Source: Spirochaetota bacterium
Lineage (GTDB): Bacteria > Spirochaetota > UBA4802 > UBA5550
Length of the DNA stretch: 64,000 bases
Assembly (NCBI GenBank): GCA_963664815.2
Contig: CAXXHB010000003.1
Location: 3,456,001-3,520,000, forward strand
Direction: 5' to 3'
In this document: positions 19,654 to 29,575 of the stretch, piece after piece
Numbering within the stretch: position 1 is the first letter of the stretch
Layout of the letters: the number at the start of each line of letters is the position of its first letter
Translations under genes and position numbers: made by a program
Notes under the pieces: model-generated
The model's database searches: none
What the model saw: the letters and a program-made list of their open reading frames with translations, nothing else
Told to the model about the DNA's origin: nothing

Positions 19654-20010
19654 TTATTTAACCAGTCCCAGCAGCTCTTCGGGGCTTACAGGTTTTGACA
19701 TTGCACCGTTGAAACCTATTTCGTGAATATCAAGAGTCCCGGCAGTTTCATCACCCACAGCGCTGAGCAGGTATATTTTCACATTTTTATCTTTTGCCCG
19801 GATTGCCCTGCACGCCTTAATTCCCGAATCAACACTTTCCATCATAAGATCGAGAAAAACAACATCAGGGGAGCTTACAGCAAATTTTTCCATGCACTCC
19901 TTCTCGCTTTTTGCAATTGTTATATAATGCCCTTCACTTTCGAGCATTGCCTGCATGGCTATCAATATATCAGAATCATCATCAACAATAAGGATCTTCC
20001 TTCTTGCCAT
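19654..20010 (-). CDS. Single-domain response regulator (CheY-like receiver)
   Basis: ILIVDDD, FLDLMM (phospho-Asp), LLSA, KP. Confidence 0.92.
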   Translation of the reverse strand: MARRKILIVDDDSDILIAMQAMLESEGHYITIAKSEKECMEKFAVSSPDVVFLDLMMESVDSGIKACRAIRAKDKNVKIYLLSAVGDETAGTLDIHEIGFNGAMSKPVSPEELLGLVK

Positions 20011-20034
20011 ATTTTCAGTCCTCCAACCTGTTTA

Positions 20035-20502
20035 TTATTGTTTATCTTTATTTTTATAATTGTAGATTACCGCCACCGTGCTTTCCGGTGTCAGTTCTGT
20101 AAAAACGTCATCATTTACAAGCATGGCAGGACCTTTATGGCACCACCCCATACAGTTGGTTTCCAGTAATGTGAACATCCCGTCAGGGGTAGTTTCACCC
20201 GGTTTAATCTTCAGTTCCCCCTGAAGTGCACCAAGAATCTCTTTTTTTCCCGCCATATCACAGGATATTGTTCTGCATATCCTGATAACATATTTACCCC
20301 TGGGCTCAGTGTCAAGAAACGAGTAAAAAGTAGCAATGCCGTAAACCTCGGCAGGAGAGAGCCCGAAAATATCCGCCACACTTTCCATCATATCCTCTTT
20401 CAGCCATCTCTCCTTTGAAACAACATACTGAAGCACTGGAAGCAGGCTTTCACGCCTTACACCATGCTTTTCTATAGCCTCTGATAAAATACTGTTGCTC
20501 AT
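20035..20502 (-). CDS. hydC: NuoE-like [2Fe-2S] subunit (HydC)
   Basis: ATFYSF, CRTISC, CMGWC..GPAMLVND; ATG 20502 after AAGGAG. Confidence 0.92.
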   Translation of the reverse strand: MSNSILSEAIEKHGVRRESLLPVLQYVVSKERWLKEDMMESVADIFGLSPAEVYGIATFYSFLDTEPRGKYVIRICRTISCDMAGKKEILGALQGELKIKPGETTPDGMFTLLETNCMGWCHKGPAMLVNDDVFTELTPESTVAVIYNYKNKDKQ

Positions 20503-20693
20503 AATAAGCACTCCTTGAATATTACTTTTATATTTATTGTGCTACATAAATTAAAAACCCAAAGAAAGTCAACAAAAATAACACTTAATAATAATAAATA
20601 TTACTATATACATATTTTATTGACATTAATATTACATTAATTTTTAATATGCCTCAATTGACGTATTGACATACTAATGAGGAGGATTTAATA

Positions 20694-21977
20694 ATGAATC
20701 ATGAAAGTCGGAAATTATTGCAACTTGCCGGGGGAGCCGCGGTCGCCATTATAGGGGCACAGACTCTAACCTCATGCAAAAAGGAGGATAAGGTAGAGCA
20801 TATCTACACGTCACTCTCCACCCCTGATATCTCGAAATACGATTCAACATATTTTGTAGAGGTAAACCAGAGCCTGTGCCAGGGATGCCATACATGTACA
20901 GAAAACTGCCCTACGGGCATAATCAACAGTAAAGAGCCGGGGGGTCCTCACAGGGTTTACAGGCATGAAGGCTGCGTCAACTGCGGACAGTGCCTTGTAA
21001 ATTGCCCATACGGCGCAATTAAAGAAAATGTTTCATATATTGAAGAAGTTTTCAGGGCAATAGATGATCCTGAAAAGGTTGTAGTAGCGCTCCCGGCACC
21101 GGCCGTCAGGTACGCAATCGGGGAGCCTTTCGGGATGGATCACGGAACATATGCTGCGGGGAAGATGAATGCTGCTCTTAAAGAACTGGGGTTTGACATT
21201 TTATGGGATACAGAGTTTGCCGCTGACCTTACAATTATGGAAGAGGGGTCAGAGCTTATCGGAAGACTTACAGGAAAAATCAACAAGCCGGTTCCGCAGT
21301 TCACGTCATGCTGCCCGGGATGGATAAAATTTGTGGAATCCTTTCATCCTGAACTGATTCCGAATCTTTCATCATGCAAATCGCCGGTATGCATGATGGG
21401 GGCGCTTTCAAAAACCTATGGGGCAAAGAATAAAAACATTGATCCGAAAAAAATCTACACCGTATCAATAATGCCTTGCATTGCCAAAAAATTCGAAGGG
21501 ATGCGTCCGGAAATGAAAGCCAGCGGCTTCAGGGATATTGACGCTACAATCAACACCCGTGAACTTGCATACATGATTAAAAGAAAGGATATAGATTTTC
21601 TGTCTCTGAAAGACCAGACGGCTGATCCGATTCTCGGCCAGTCAACCGGTGCGGCCACCATATTCGGAGTAAGCGGCGGTGTTATGGAGGCGGCTCTCCG
21701 TTTCGCATATGAAGCTGTTTCCGGGCAGAAACTCGCATCAGTGGATCTTACAGCTGTTCGCGGAAACGGCGGAGTCAGGGAAGCTTCAGTCAAAATTCCC
21801 GGAGGACCGGAAGTAAAGGTATGCGTTGTGTCGGGTCTTAAAAATGCGAAACCTGTAATCGACGATGTCATAAAAGGTAAATCGCCATACCATTTTATCG
21901 AAGTTATGACCTGCCCGGGTGGATGCGTGAACGGCGGGGGACAGCCTATTGATCCTTCTCAGACATTTACAGCGTAA
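20694..21977 (+). CDS. hydA: Exported [FeFe]-hydrogenase large subunit (2x[4Fe-4S] plus H-cluster), predicted lipoprotein
   Basis: Two CxxCxxCxxxCP motifs; FTSCCPGW, MPCIAKKFE, EVMTCPGGCVNGGGQP; N-terminus SRKLL..LTSC. Confidence 0.94.
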   Translation: MNHESRKLLQLAGGAAVAIIGAQTLTSCKKEDKVEHIYTSLSTPDISKYDSTYFVEVNQSLCQGCHTCTENCPTGIINSKEPGGPHRVYRHEGCVNCGQCLVNCPYGAIKENVSYIEEVFRAIDDPEKVVVALPAPAVRYAIGEPFGMDHGTYAAGKMNAALKELGFDILWDTEFAADLTIMEEGSELIGRLTGKINKPVPQFTSCCPGWIKFVESFHPELIPNLSSCKSPVCMMGALSKTYGAKNKNIDPKKIYTVSIMPCIAKKFEGMRPEMKASGFRDIDATINTRELAYMIKRKDIDFLSLKDQTADPILGQSTGAATIFGVSGGVMEAALRFAYEAVSGQKLASVDLTAVRGNGGVREASVKIPGGPEVKVCVVSGLKNAKPVIDDVIKGKSPYHFIEVMTCPGGCVNGGGQPIDPSQTFTA

Positions 21978-22001
21978 TTAATTATATTTAAGGAGAAAAA
22001 T

Positions 22002-22328
22002 ATGAACAGAAATATAACACGAAGATCCTTCCTGAGTATTTCGGCAAAAACATTTTTATTTTTTACCGCACTTACTCTCCCTGCAAAAAAAGTCTTTGCA
22101 GTACTTCTTGACTCAATAAGAAGATCAAGAACAGAGAGTGTATATGAACAGGACAGGAAAATGCCGCTGAGAAAATCACAGGATAATCCTATGGTTAAAC
22201 AGATATACAAGGATTTTCTTGAAAATCCGAATTCCCATAAAGCTCATGAACTGCTCCATACGGAATATACAGACAGATCTGCCGGACTTAAAAAAGTTAA
22301 GAAGACTGGAGTTAATCTTACATATTAG
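22002..22328 (+). CDS. [FeFe]-hydrogenase small subunit with Tat signal
   Basis: TRRSFL twin-arginine motif; RKSQDNP..Y..FL..P.SHKAHELLHT. Confidence 0.92.
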   Translation: MNRNITRRSFLSISAKTFLFFTALTLPAKKVFAVLLDSIRRSRTESVYEQDRKMPLRKSQDNPMVKQIYKDFLENPNSHKAHELLHTEYTDRSAGLKKVKKTGVNLTY

Positions 22329-22345
22329 CTAAAGAATAAATTATA

Positions 22346-22386
22346 CCCCTCTTCCGGTTTTATGGATTTTCAACAGGAAGGGGGGA
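22346..22386. terminator. Hairpin terminator between convergent hydrogenase and znuA-like genes
   Basis: CCCCTCTTCC / GGAAGGGGGG stem. Confidence 0.55.
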
Positions 22387-22405
22387 TTTAATCTTAGTCA
22401 GTCTT

Positions 22406-23293
22406 TTATTTTTCACCAAAGGCGTTAACAAGAACTGAAAGATTTTTTTTCATGATTTTTATATAAGCTTCTTTATCATTATCACCCGTAACAGCTGGAT
22501 CAAGTATATAAACTTTAGCCCCTGTTTCCCGGGCAACAGCATCTGCTGAACCTGATGGATACTGCGGTTCGGCAAAAAGAGTTTTAATTTTTGTTTTACG
22601 CACAAGATCTATTGTCCCGGCAAGTTCTTTTGCGGAGGGTTCACTCCCCGGCTCACGTTCAATAACTGCCGCGATATCGAATTTATACTCTTTCGCAAAA
22701 TAAGGAAAGGCTTCATGGAAAGTTATAATTTTTCTACCCTTGTATTTTGAAAGACCTGCATCCATTTCCGTCTTTAGGTCGTTAAGCTCTTTTATATATT
22801 TCGCTGCATTCTTTTTATAGAGTTCAGCATTTTTTGTATCTGCTTCTGACAGGGCTTTTGAGCAATTTTCAACCATAATAATAGTATTGCTGACACTTAC
22901 CCATACGTGTGGATTTGCCCCTTCACTATTTTTAATAAGCGGTATCCCTTTGGAAAGCTCTGCAGTTTTGAGGCCGGGATATTTAGCGGCAATTTTATCC
23001 AGAAAAGATTCCATCCCGGCACCATTGATCAGAAAAATACCGGCATTCTCAAGGTTCTTTATGTCTTTCGATGTGACACTGTAATCGTGAAGACATCCGG
23101 TGAACGGGGGAGTCATATTAACAACCTTTACCCCTTCAATACCATCAGCTACATTCATTGCGATAATATAAACGGGATAAAATGATGCCACAATTAAAAA
23201 TTCACTCCCGGCATCAGCGCCTTTCTCTTTCTTGCATCCTGCAGTGATAACAAATAAAATCATTAACACAGAAATCAGTTTTACTGCTTTCAT
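22406..23293 (-). CDS. znuA: Zinc/manganese ABC transporter substrate-binding lipoprotein (ZnuA/AdcA family)
   Basis: Lipobox TAGC; CLHDY, NPHVW, FHEAFPYFA, EPSAKEL, LDP. Confidence 0.9.
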   Translation of the reverse strand: MKAVKLISVLMILFVITAGCKKEKGADAGSEFLIVASFYPVYIIAMNVADGIEGVKVVNMTPPFTGCLHDYSVTSKDIKNLENAGIFLINGAGMESFLDKIAAKYPGLKTAELSKGIPLIKNSEGANPHVWVSVSNTIIMVENCSKALSEADTKNAELYKKNAAKYIKELNDLKTEMDAGLSKYKGRKIITFHEAFPYFAKEYKFDIAAVIEREPGSEPSAKELAGTIDLVRKTKIKTLFAEPQYPSGSADAVARETGAKVYILDPAVTGDNDKEAYIKIMKKNLSVLVNAFGEK

Positions 23294-23359
23294 AATCAGT
23301 CTCCATTTTTATAGATTATCGGAAAACAATAATTTGAGAAGATTTTCTGTCAACTATTT

Positions 23360-23380
23360 AAATGCAAATTACTTGCATTT
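23360..23380. promoter_or_regulatory. Putative Zur/Fur-family operator
   Basis: AAATGCAA-ATTAC-TTGCATTT palindrome next to a TTGACA -35 (minus strand) upstream of the znuA-like gene. Confidence 0.55.
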
Positions 23381-23443
23381 GCATTCTGGAATGTAGAAGC
23401 AGGTACAATGTACTTAAAACATCATTATGGATTAAAAAGATAT

Positions 23444-24262
23444 TTACTGATTTACAGGATAGACATACGGACTCGATTCAGGAGGAATCTTTTTATATGA
23501 TTCAACTACAAGTACTGGAGCTTTATCTTCCTTCCTGCTGCTTCCTGCGTTCTGCATCTCAATGTATCCACATAGTTCAAGCCACTCATCTTTTTTAAAA
23601 CTTACTCCGGTCTTTTCCGCGTCAAATATCAGACCTGTTATACCCGCATCTGCCGCACAGCAATACATGACAAGCCGTGCAATAATATAACGGTCTTTTT
23701 TCAGTTTTTTTGATTTATAGACAAATCCTTTTACTTCTAATTTCATGTTCTGATACTTTTCAGAATTTTTGAATATATCCTCCATCGCTGAATAAAAGTT
23801 ATCTTGTTCAATTTTAAAAACCTCACCTTTGGAAGAATTTTTATCCGATATAGCTCCAGGCAGAGATGTCCCATTATGATCAAGTTCGGAAATTTCACTG
23901 ATTCTCTTTTTTCCGGTTTTCTCCGACAAGTCGGCCTGTAAATTAAACTCTCTCTCCTCCTGCAGATGTTCGTAGAAAAGATTACTGTCATGGGGAAGAT
24001 TCATCAGTATAATAAGAATAATAAAAACCATATATTTGCCTAAACCTGAGGATTTTTCATTTACATCTCTGCCTGATGCCGGGACCATCGCGAAGGCGGC
24101 AAAGATAAGCAATATAATTAATGCCAGATATACAAATATATGGTAATCTGGGTTGATATAGTTGGTAAGCAACTTATAAGAGACTATCCGCTCTATTGTC
24201 ATAAAGAGCAGAGAGATCAGAACAAATTCCCTGAAAACATATAAATAACGGAGCAGCTTCAT
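23444..24262 (-). CDS. TIGR03943/DUF1980 (YcgQ-like) putative permease subunit
   Basis: YINP, GFVY, ARLVMYCCAADA, C-terminal PYVYP. Confidence 0.88.
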   Translation of the reverse strand: MKLLRYLYVFREFVLISLLFMTIERIVSYKLLTNYINPDYHIFVYLALIILLIFAAFAMVPASGRDVNEKSSGLGKYMVFIILIILMNLPHDSNLFYEHLQEEREFNLQADLSEKTGKKRISEISELDHNGTSLPGAISDKNSSKGEVFKIEQDNFYSAMEDIFKNSEKYQNMKLEVKGFVYKSKKLKKDRYIIARLVMYCCAADAGITGLIFDAEKTGVSFKKDEWLELCGYIEMQNAGSSRKEDKAPVLVVESYKKIPPESSPYVYPVNQ

Positions 24263-25233
24263 ATAGCCACCCCCATAAGCAGTTGTGCAATATGTGAATA
24301 AATAACTGTAAAAAAAACTATCATTATGATCAGAATAACGATGAACCGCGTCCTGAATATATTTTTAAGCATCACCGTTGTCTTTATATCGATCATGGCT
24401 CCCGAGATCATAAAGCAGAGCAGCGCACCGGTATTGAAGGCGCCGGAAAAAGAACGGGCGATAAAAGCATCGGTCTGAGAGCAGACAGAAAGAAGGTAGG
24501 CGTAGCCTGTCATGAAAATTTCTGAAACCGGGAATGTTTTACCCACAGCGGTGAAATATGCCCTGGGTATAACTGTCTGAAATGCTGATGTTACGAGTAT
24601 CCCTGTAATAAAATATTTCCCTGTGTCGAAGAACTCTTCAATGCTGTGGAAAATAACTCTCTTGATTTTTACAATTAATGTTCTTGAATCGATGTCATCA
24701 TGTGTATGAATATCTCCATGACATGAGCATCCGCAATGATGACCGGGGAGAAGAACTCCGCTGATCTCAGCGTCAATTAGCGTGAATTTATTTTCTTTAT
24801 TTTTTTTAAGAATAAATTCATTTTCTATAAAAAAACTTATAATAAGGCCTATAATAAAAGAGACGATAACTCCCCCGGCCGTTCTGTAAAGCGCAATTTC
24901 CGGTTTATTGATAAATGCGAAATGTGTACTGCTGAAAACAACAATATTGACTATTGGGATTGAAAGCATCATTGTAATGGCATTTGAAACGGGAACGCCC
25001 TTTTTTATAAGACGCGCGGCAACGGGGACAATTCCGCATTCACACACGGGGAAAAGAATACCGGTGAAGGAGGAGACTGCAATACCGAGTACCCGGTTTT
25101 TGGGAACCAGTTTTTCAATAAAACTCTGAGGGACAAAGACCTCTATGAGGCTTGATAGAATTACACCCACGAGGAGAAAGAATATCCCCTCCAGGAATAT
25201 GCTTGTTACATAGGTGGAAAATATTGATAGCAT
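24259..25233 (-). CDS. DUF318 (YcgR-like) permease with His/Cys-rich loop
   Basis: FPVCECGIVP, LSVCSQTDAFIA, GAMIDIK; HHCGCSCHGDIHTH loop. Confidence 0.88.
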   Translation of the reverse strand: MLSIFSTYVTSIFLEGIFFLLVGVILSSLIEVFVPQSFIEKLVPKNRVLGIAVSSFTGILFPVCECGIVPVAARLIKKGVPVSNAITMMLSIPIVNIVVFSSTHFAFINKPEIALYRTAGGVIVSFIIGLIISFFIENEFILKKNKENKFTLIDAEISGVLLPGHHCGCSCHGDIHTHDDIDSRTLIVKIKRVIFHSIEEFFDTGKYFITGILVTSAFQTVIPRAYFTAVGKTFPVSEIFMTGYAYLLSVCSQTDAFIARSFSGAFNTGALLCFMISGAMIDIKTTVMLKNIFRTRFIVILIIMIVFFTVIYSHIAQLLMGVAI

Positions 25234-25241
25234 AAATGTTT

Positions 25242-26150
25242 TTACCTTAACATTGATCTGATAAACGGCCAGGCCATTAACAGTGAAAACAACAGGATGA
25301 TAAGAAATGAAAACAGCTCAAGGATTGATGATATAATGTTTAAACTTTTTTCATTCTTTTTAAATTTTAAGAACAAACCAACTCTCCCGGCATAAGCAAG
25401 ATACCCGGCAAGCGATATTACTATTCCCATGCCGGCTGACATCGCCATTACACCCGCGACGCCTTTGCACGGCATACCGGCGTAGAGAGATAAAAGCAGA
25501 AGCATTGTAGCCCCCGGGCATGGAACAAGACTGGAGACAATAATAAGAGGATATAATCTCTTTGGCTGAGGTTCGGCAGAAATGCCGCGTTTTTCAATAA
25601 GACCCTTAATTTTAAATATAATAAGGGCGAGAGAGAGGAGGGCAATCGCAATAAAGGTTATCCCTTCCATATATGCATATATATCCTCAGAGCCTGACAG
25701 TGAAACTACAGTTTTCTGTATCAGATAAAGAACGACAATGACAGCAATACTGCTCCCGGCATGAATACCGGCAGAAAGAAAACCGGCACAGCCCGGCTCA
25801 TACCACCTGACCTTGTGGGAGATAAAGAGCGAAAAAACTATGGTTTTTCTGTGACCGGGACCTGCGGCATGAAAAAGGCCGTATAGAAATGATGCTGTTA
25901 AAAAAATCAGCAGCATATTCCCGGACTCACCTTTTTTTATACTTCGCAGAGCTGATGCAACTTTATCGCGATATTCAAACTGCATCTTTATAAAAGTATT
26001 TGATCCGCCTGAGTAGACAGGGGGAGAGGCAACCTTTGACTTGGCATCACCGCTGGAGAACGGATTTGCCGTAAGCCGAGAAGCCGGCAGAATACAGATA
26101 AGGAATAATAGGAAAACAGATGCAGCGATAAAATATCCCGTCCGGGGCAT
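25242..26150 (-). CDS. NiCoT/RcnA-like metal permease (ZevB-like)
   Basis: YGLFHAAGPGHRK and LVPCPGA motifs. Confidence 0.85.
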   Translation of the reverse strand: MPRTGYFIAASVFLLFLICILPASRLTANPFSSGDAKSKVASPPVYSGGSNTFIKMQFEYRDKVASALRSIKKGESGNMLLIFLTASFLYGLFHAAGPGHRKTIVFSLFISHKVRWYEPGCAGFLSAGIHAGSSIAVIVVLYLIQKTVVSLSGSEDIYAYMEGITFIAIALLSLALIIFKIKGLIEKRGISAEPQPKRLYPLIIVSSLVPCPGATMLLLLSLYAGMPCKGVAGVMAMSAGMGIVISLAGYLAYAGRVGLFLKFKKNEKSLNIISSILELFSFLIILLFSLLMAWPFIRSMLR

Positions 26151-26154
26151 TTAA

Positions 26155-26793
26155 TTACCTCTTAAAATAAATATGAATTTCATCGGGGTATGCCGTTTCA
26201 AGACCCGGCTTCCATTTTTTGTATAGAGTCATGTCATCCGCCGCACCGAGAGGGTTATAGTATACAGGATATTTTTTATTTGTAATAATTTCATATGCCG
26301 GGGAAACTCCGTTTTTCTGATTTATTATAACCGGCGTCTTCTCATAAGTAATTGAACAATAAAATGATCGGTCGAAGATCGCAATGTAAAAATCATCATC
26401 GTATTTTAATTTTGTAAAAGGGACAAAGAAGCTGTAATAAAGGACTCCATCTTTCTGCCATGCCTTGAATTCTTTAACGGTATCGGGATTGTTGCGGGCT
26501 GTTCCCTTTCTGAAAAATACAAAGTAACCGTAGTTTACAAGATCTTTAAACTGGTTGTTATAAAGGTTTTTCATTTCCTTTTCATCAAACTGGCCGTCGC
26601 GGTTTTTATCAAAATCGTGGATTGTTGATCCGCTGAAAAAATCATCAAATTCCCATTGTATACGGCATCCTTCACATTGAGTCCCGTTAAAGTCCAGGGT
26701 GACGCATGATTTCATCCTGACGTGCGGATGAGCAAAAGCCCCTGTCGCCGCGAGTAATATCAATAATAAAGCTGACAGAAGTATTTTACGCAT
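26155..26793 (-). CDS. DUF1007 family periplasmic protein (ZevA-like)
   Basis: Signal peptide then AHPHV; W.FD.FFS, D.N.DG, FDRSFY. Confidence 0.85.
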   Translation of the reverse strand: MRKILLSALLLILLAATGAFAHPHVRMKSCVTLDFNGTQCEGCRIQWEFDDFFSGSTIHDFDKNRDGQFDEKEMKNLYNNQFKDLVNYGYFVFFRKGTARNNPDTVKEFKAWQKDGVLYYSFFVPFTKLKYDDDFYIAIFDRSFYCSITYEKTPVIINQKNGVSPAYEIITNKKYPVYYNPLGAADDMTLYKKWKPGLETAYPDEIHIYFKR

Positions 26794-26872
26794 GATTATC
26801 TCCTTTTTGAATTATCATTCAATATAATAACTGTAGTAGTATCAGTGAAAATGTGTTTTCTTTCAAATTTAC

Positions 26873-27799
26873 TTAATTGAATTTTTTCATAAATGTCATT
26901 GGATTTATAGCCCGTCCGTTTTTTCTTATTTCGAAATGAAGATGTGATCCCGTTGAACGCCCGGTATTACCTGACAATGCAATAATCTCACCCGGTCTGA
27001 CCTGTTTCCCTTTTTTCACAAGACATCTGCTTAAATGGCCGTAGAAGCTTCTGTAGCCGAATTCATGTTCAACTATGACAAGATTGCCGTAACCATCTTC
27101 GTACCCGGAAAAAACAACTTCACCGCCGCGGGCGGCATGAACTTTAGTACCGGAATGACATCCCAGGTCTATCCCTTTATGGAATTCCATTCTTTTATTA
27201 TTTAACGGGTTTCTCCGGACTCCAAAACCTGATGTTGCTTTTCCAAACTCAATTGGTGAAAAAAACGCTGTTCCCATGAACAGAGACCGTTCGACAGCGG
27301 AAATTTTTCCGCAGGGAACAAAAATAAATTTTTTATCAAGAGTTTCAGTTTTATTGATTGCCTTAACGTATTTAATGTCAATTCTTCCAGCGGCAAGTAC
27401 ACTATACATAGTCTTCAAATTATCTCCGGGTACAATGATCCCCCTCATATTAGGGATATAAAGAACTGTTCCCGGCACTACCTGATATGGGGATGTCAGA
27501 TTATTAACTGACATCAGTGTATCCATATCAAGAGAACACTTTGACATGACAACCCAGAAGTTCTCATTCTGCTTTACATGATATGTATAGAATTTCAGCT
27601 CAGGGAGATCACTCTCCAATTTTCTGCTTTTTACTGTATATACCGCCTGTTTAATATCTTCTCTTATAGATTTTAATCTGAAGTTATCCCTATAGACAAG
27701 ATTCTCCAACTCTTCAAGCTGTTCACCGGCATATACTTTTACTGGAAGCGATACACAGGTCAGTATAGTTGATATGATCAGCATAAATCTTTGCTTCAT
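26873..27799 (-). CDS. LysM + M23 family metallopeptidase
   Basis: LysM-like YHVKQNENFW; HKGID, YGHL, STGSHLHFE. Confidence 0.92.
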   Translation of the reverse strand: MKQRFMLIISTILTCVSLPVKVYAGEQLEELENLVYRDNFRLKSIREDIKQAVYTVKSRKLESDLPELKFYTYHVKQNENFWVVMSKCSLDMDTLMSVNNLTSPYQVVPGTVLYIPNMRGIIVPGDNLKTMYSVLAAGRIDIKYVKAINKTETLDKKFIFVPCGKISAVERSLFMGTAFFSPIEFGKATSGFGVRRNPLNNKRMEFHKGIDLGCHSGTKVHAARGGEVVFSGYEDGYGNLVIVEHEFGYRSFYGHLSRCLVKKGKQVRPGEIIALSGNTGRSTGSHLHFEIRKNGRAINPMTFMKKFN

Positions 27800-27819
27800 T
27801 GTGTTAATCCTTAAATTTT

Positions 27820-28329
27820 TTAAATCCTCACAATCCTGAAAAGATATGTCATGCCATCTTTTGAATCAGGGCCGAGAAAAAAACGGCCCTTAATTTTTGC
27901 TTTTACGATATCACCATATAACCGTTCAACATCAATTTTAAGCGGATTATGACCCCTCGCTGTTTCAACATAAACCATATCATGCAAAGCGGGCGGATTG
28001 CAGAAAGCACAACCACCCATCATCGCCCTGGGGTTTACAAGCCAGAAAGAGTTGATCTCTCCATCCGGGGGAACATCATCTATAGGCATGATAGCTCCGC
28101 TCAATTCTACAGCCGCACCATTCAATGAAGATGCGATTTCATCCGGGAAAACGCCGAAATTTTCTCTTCTTCTGGCGAGTGTTTTCAGATAGCCATATGT
28201 CAGAGTTTTCGTGTTATTCCAGTCCGGTTCCACAATACTGTAAGACCCCGGCTTGCTGTCGATTTTCGTTACCATGACCAGAAACACCACAACCCAGAAT
28301 AACGCCTTAACTATCTTTTTCTTCTGCAT
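27820..28329 (-). CDS. DUF3299 family protein (ZrgD-like)
   Basis: LNG..V.L.G.IMP.D, GCAFCNPP motif; downstream of ABC permease. Confidence 0.7.
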   Translation of the reverse strand: MQKKKIVKALFWVVVFLVMVTKIDSKPGSYSIVEPDWNNTKTLTYGYLKTLARRRENFGVFPDEIASSLNGAAVELSGAIMPIDDVPPDGEINSFWLVNPRAMMGGCAFCNPPALHDMVYVETARGHNPLKIDVERLYGDIVKAKIKGRFFLGPDSKDGMTYLFRIVRI

Positions 28330-28330
28330 G

Positions 28331-29575
28331 TCAGCTTGCTGTCTCCTCAATAAGATTCATCCGGTAAACCCAGATCATACTAACCCAGGCAAGCACCTGA
28401 CCGGATATTAAAGTAATGATAATCCCGTTTAACTCCATCCCTGTAATCATCATAGGATAGATGCTGATTCCAAGAAGACCGTGAATATACGGACCAACAA
28501 ACCAGAGTGAGATATGTGAAATTATCACCCCGATAAATGCACCTGATGCGGTAAGTATCAGCGCTTCTGTCATAATAATGAATGAGATTTTTATTCTGCT
28601 GATTCCAAGTGAACGCATAAGGGCCAGTTCATGCCTCCGCTCATTAAGAGACATGATAATTGTTACAAAGATCATCATGGTTACTACGATCAGTGAAACC
28701 GTATTGAACAGTTCTATCAGAATTTCAGCCTTGTTAAGATAGCCGGACATTTTTCTTACAACTCGCCCGCTGTCCACTGCCTGAACAGCATCATTTGAGT
28801 ATTCACGCTCAAGCTGGCCGGAAAAAGCGGGGTTACGTGTTTTTACAAGAACCGATGTCAGTTTACCATCAGTAATTTCGAGGTGGCCTTGTTTGTGTTT
28901 TTCATGATCATGCTTTTCATGTTCATAATGATCGCCTTCTTTATGAATTGCCCAGACCGTTTTGTAGCTGATATACACCGCCCCGTCCTCAGGCCCGCCG
29001 ACCGGTGCAAGTATAGCTTTTACTAAATAAGTGACTTCTGCATGTTCATGTGCATCTTCATCACCCTCCATGCCGTGTGATCCCCTGAATTTATCGCCGA
29101 CATGAAGACCGGTTCTTACCGCGGCTTCACTGCCGAGAACCGCATTCTCCGGAAGGGATAAATCGATTGTACCTTCAGCCGGTAGAACATGGAAGCTTTG
29201 AATATACTCTTCATTTGTTCCGATTATAGGGGTACCTTCTATACTATCAGCAACTGCAAGGGGGTATGCGTTTAGTGTTCTTTTATCCTTTACTATTTTT
29301 TCATAAACAGTAAATGATATAAGACCTGATGGCTTATCTATATGGAAAATAGAATTCATCACAATCTGGATACCGCTCGATTCTGCCGGGCCTATAACAA
29401 GAGGATACCGGATGGACCTCTCCGCTGCATTTTTCCTTAATGAAAAATTAATTGCGCTTACAACAGACAGAAAGATAAGTGATACAGCGATTGCAGCAAT
29501 CGTAATTATTGTTGCTGCCCGCCTGCGGCTCATATATCTCCAGGCTATGGTTAATAAAAATAATTTTTTACGCAT
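28331..29575 (-). CDS. MacB/FtsX-type ABC permease with His-rich periplasmic inserts (ZrgC-like)
   Basis: GDKFRGSHG..HEH, HYEHEKHDHEKH, ERRHELALMRSLG; start ATG 29575 overlaps the ATPase stop. Confidence 0.88.
   Translation of the reverse strand: MRKKLFLLTIAWRYMSRRRAATIITIAAIAVSLIFLSVVSAINFSLRKNAAERSIRYPLVIGPAESSGIQIVMNSIFHIDKPSGLISFTVYEKIVKDKRTLNAYPLAVADSIEGTPIIGTNEEYIQSFHVLPAEGTIDLSLPENAVLGSEAAVRTGLHVGDKFRGSHGMEGDEDAHEHAEVTYLVKAILAPVGGPEDGAVYISYKTVWAIHKEGDHYEHEKHDHEKHKQGHLEITDGKLTSVLVKTRNPAFSGQLEREYSNDAVQAVDSGRVVRKMSGYLNKAEILIELFNTVSLIVVTMMIFVTIIMSLNERRHELALMRSLGISRIKISFIIMTEALILTASGAFIGVIISHISLWFVGPYIHGLLGISIYPMMITGMELNGIIITLISGQVLAWVSMIWVYRMNLIEETAS

Noticed and set aside
20512-20693. 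Rex operator between the divergent hydrogenase operons
   Set aside because: Only a TTGTG half-site; no TTGTGAA-N4-TTCACAA palindrome.
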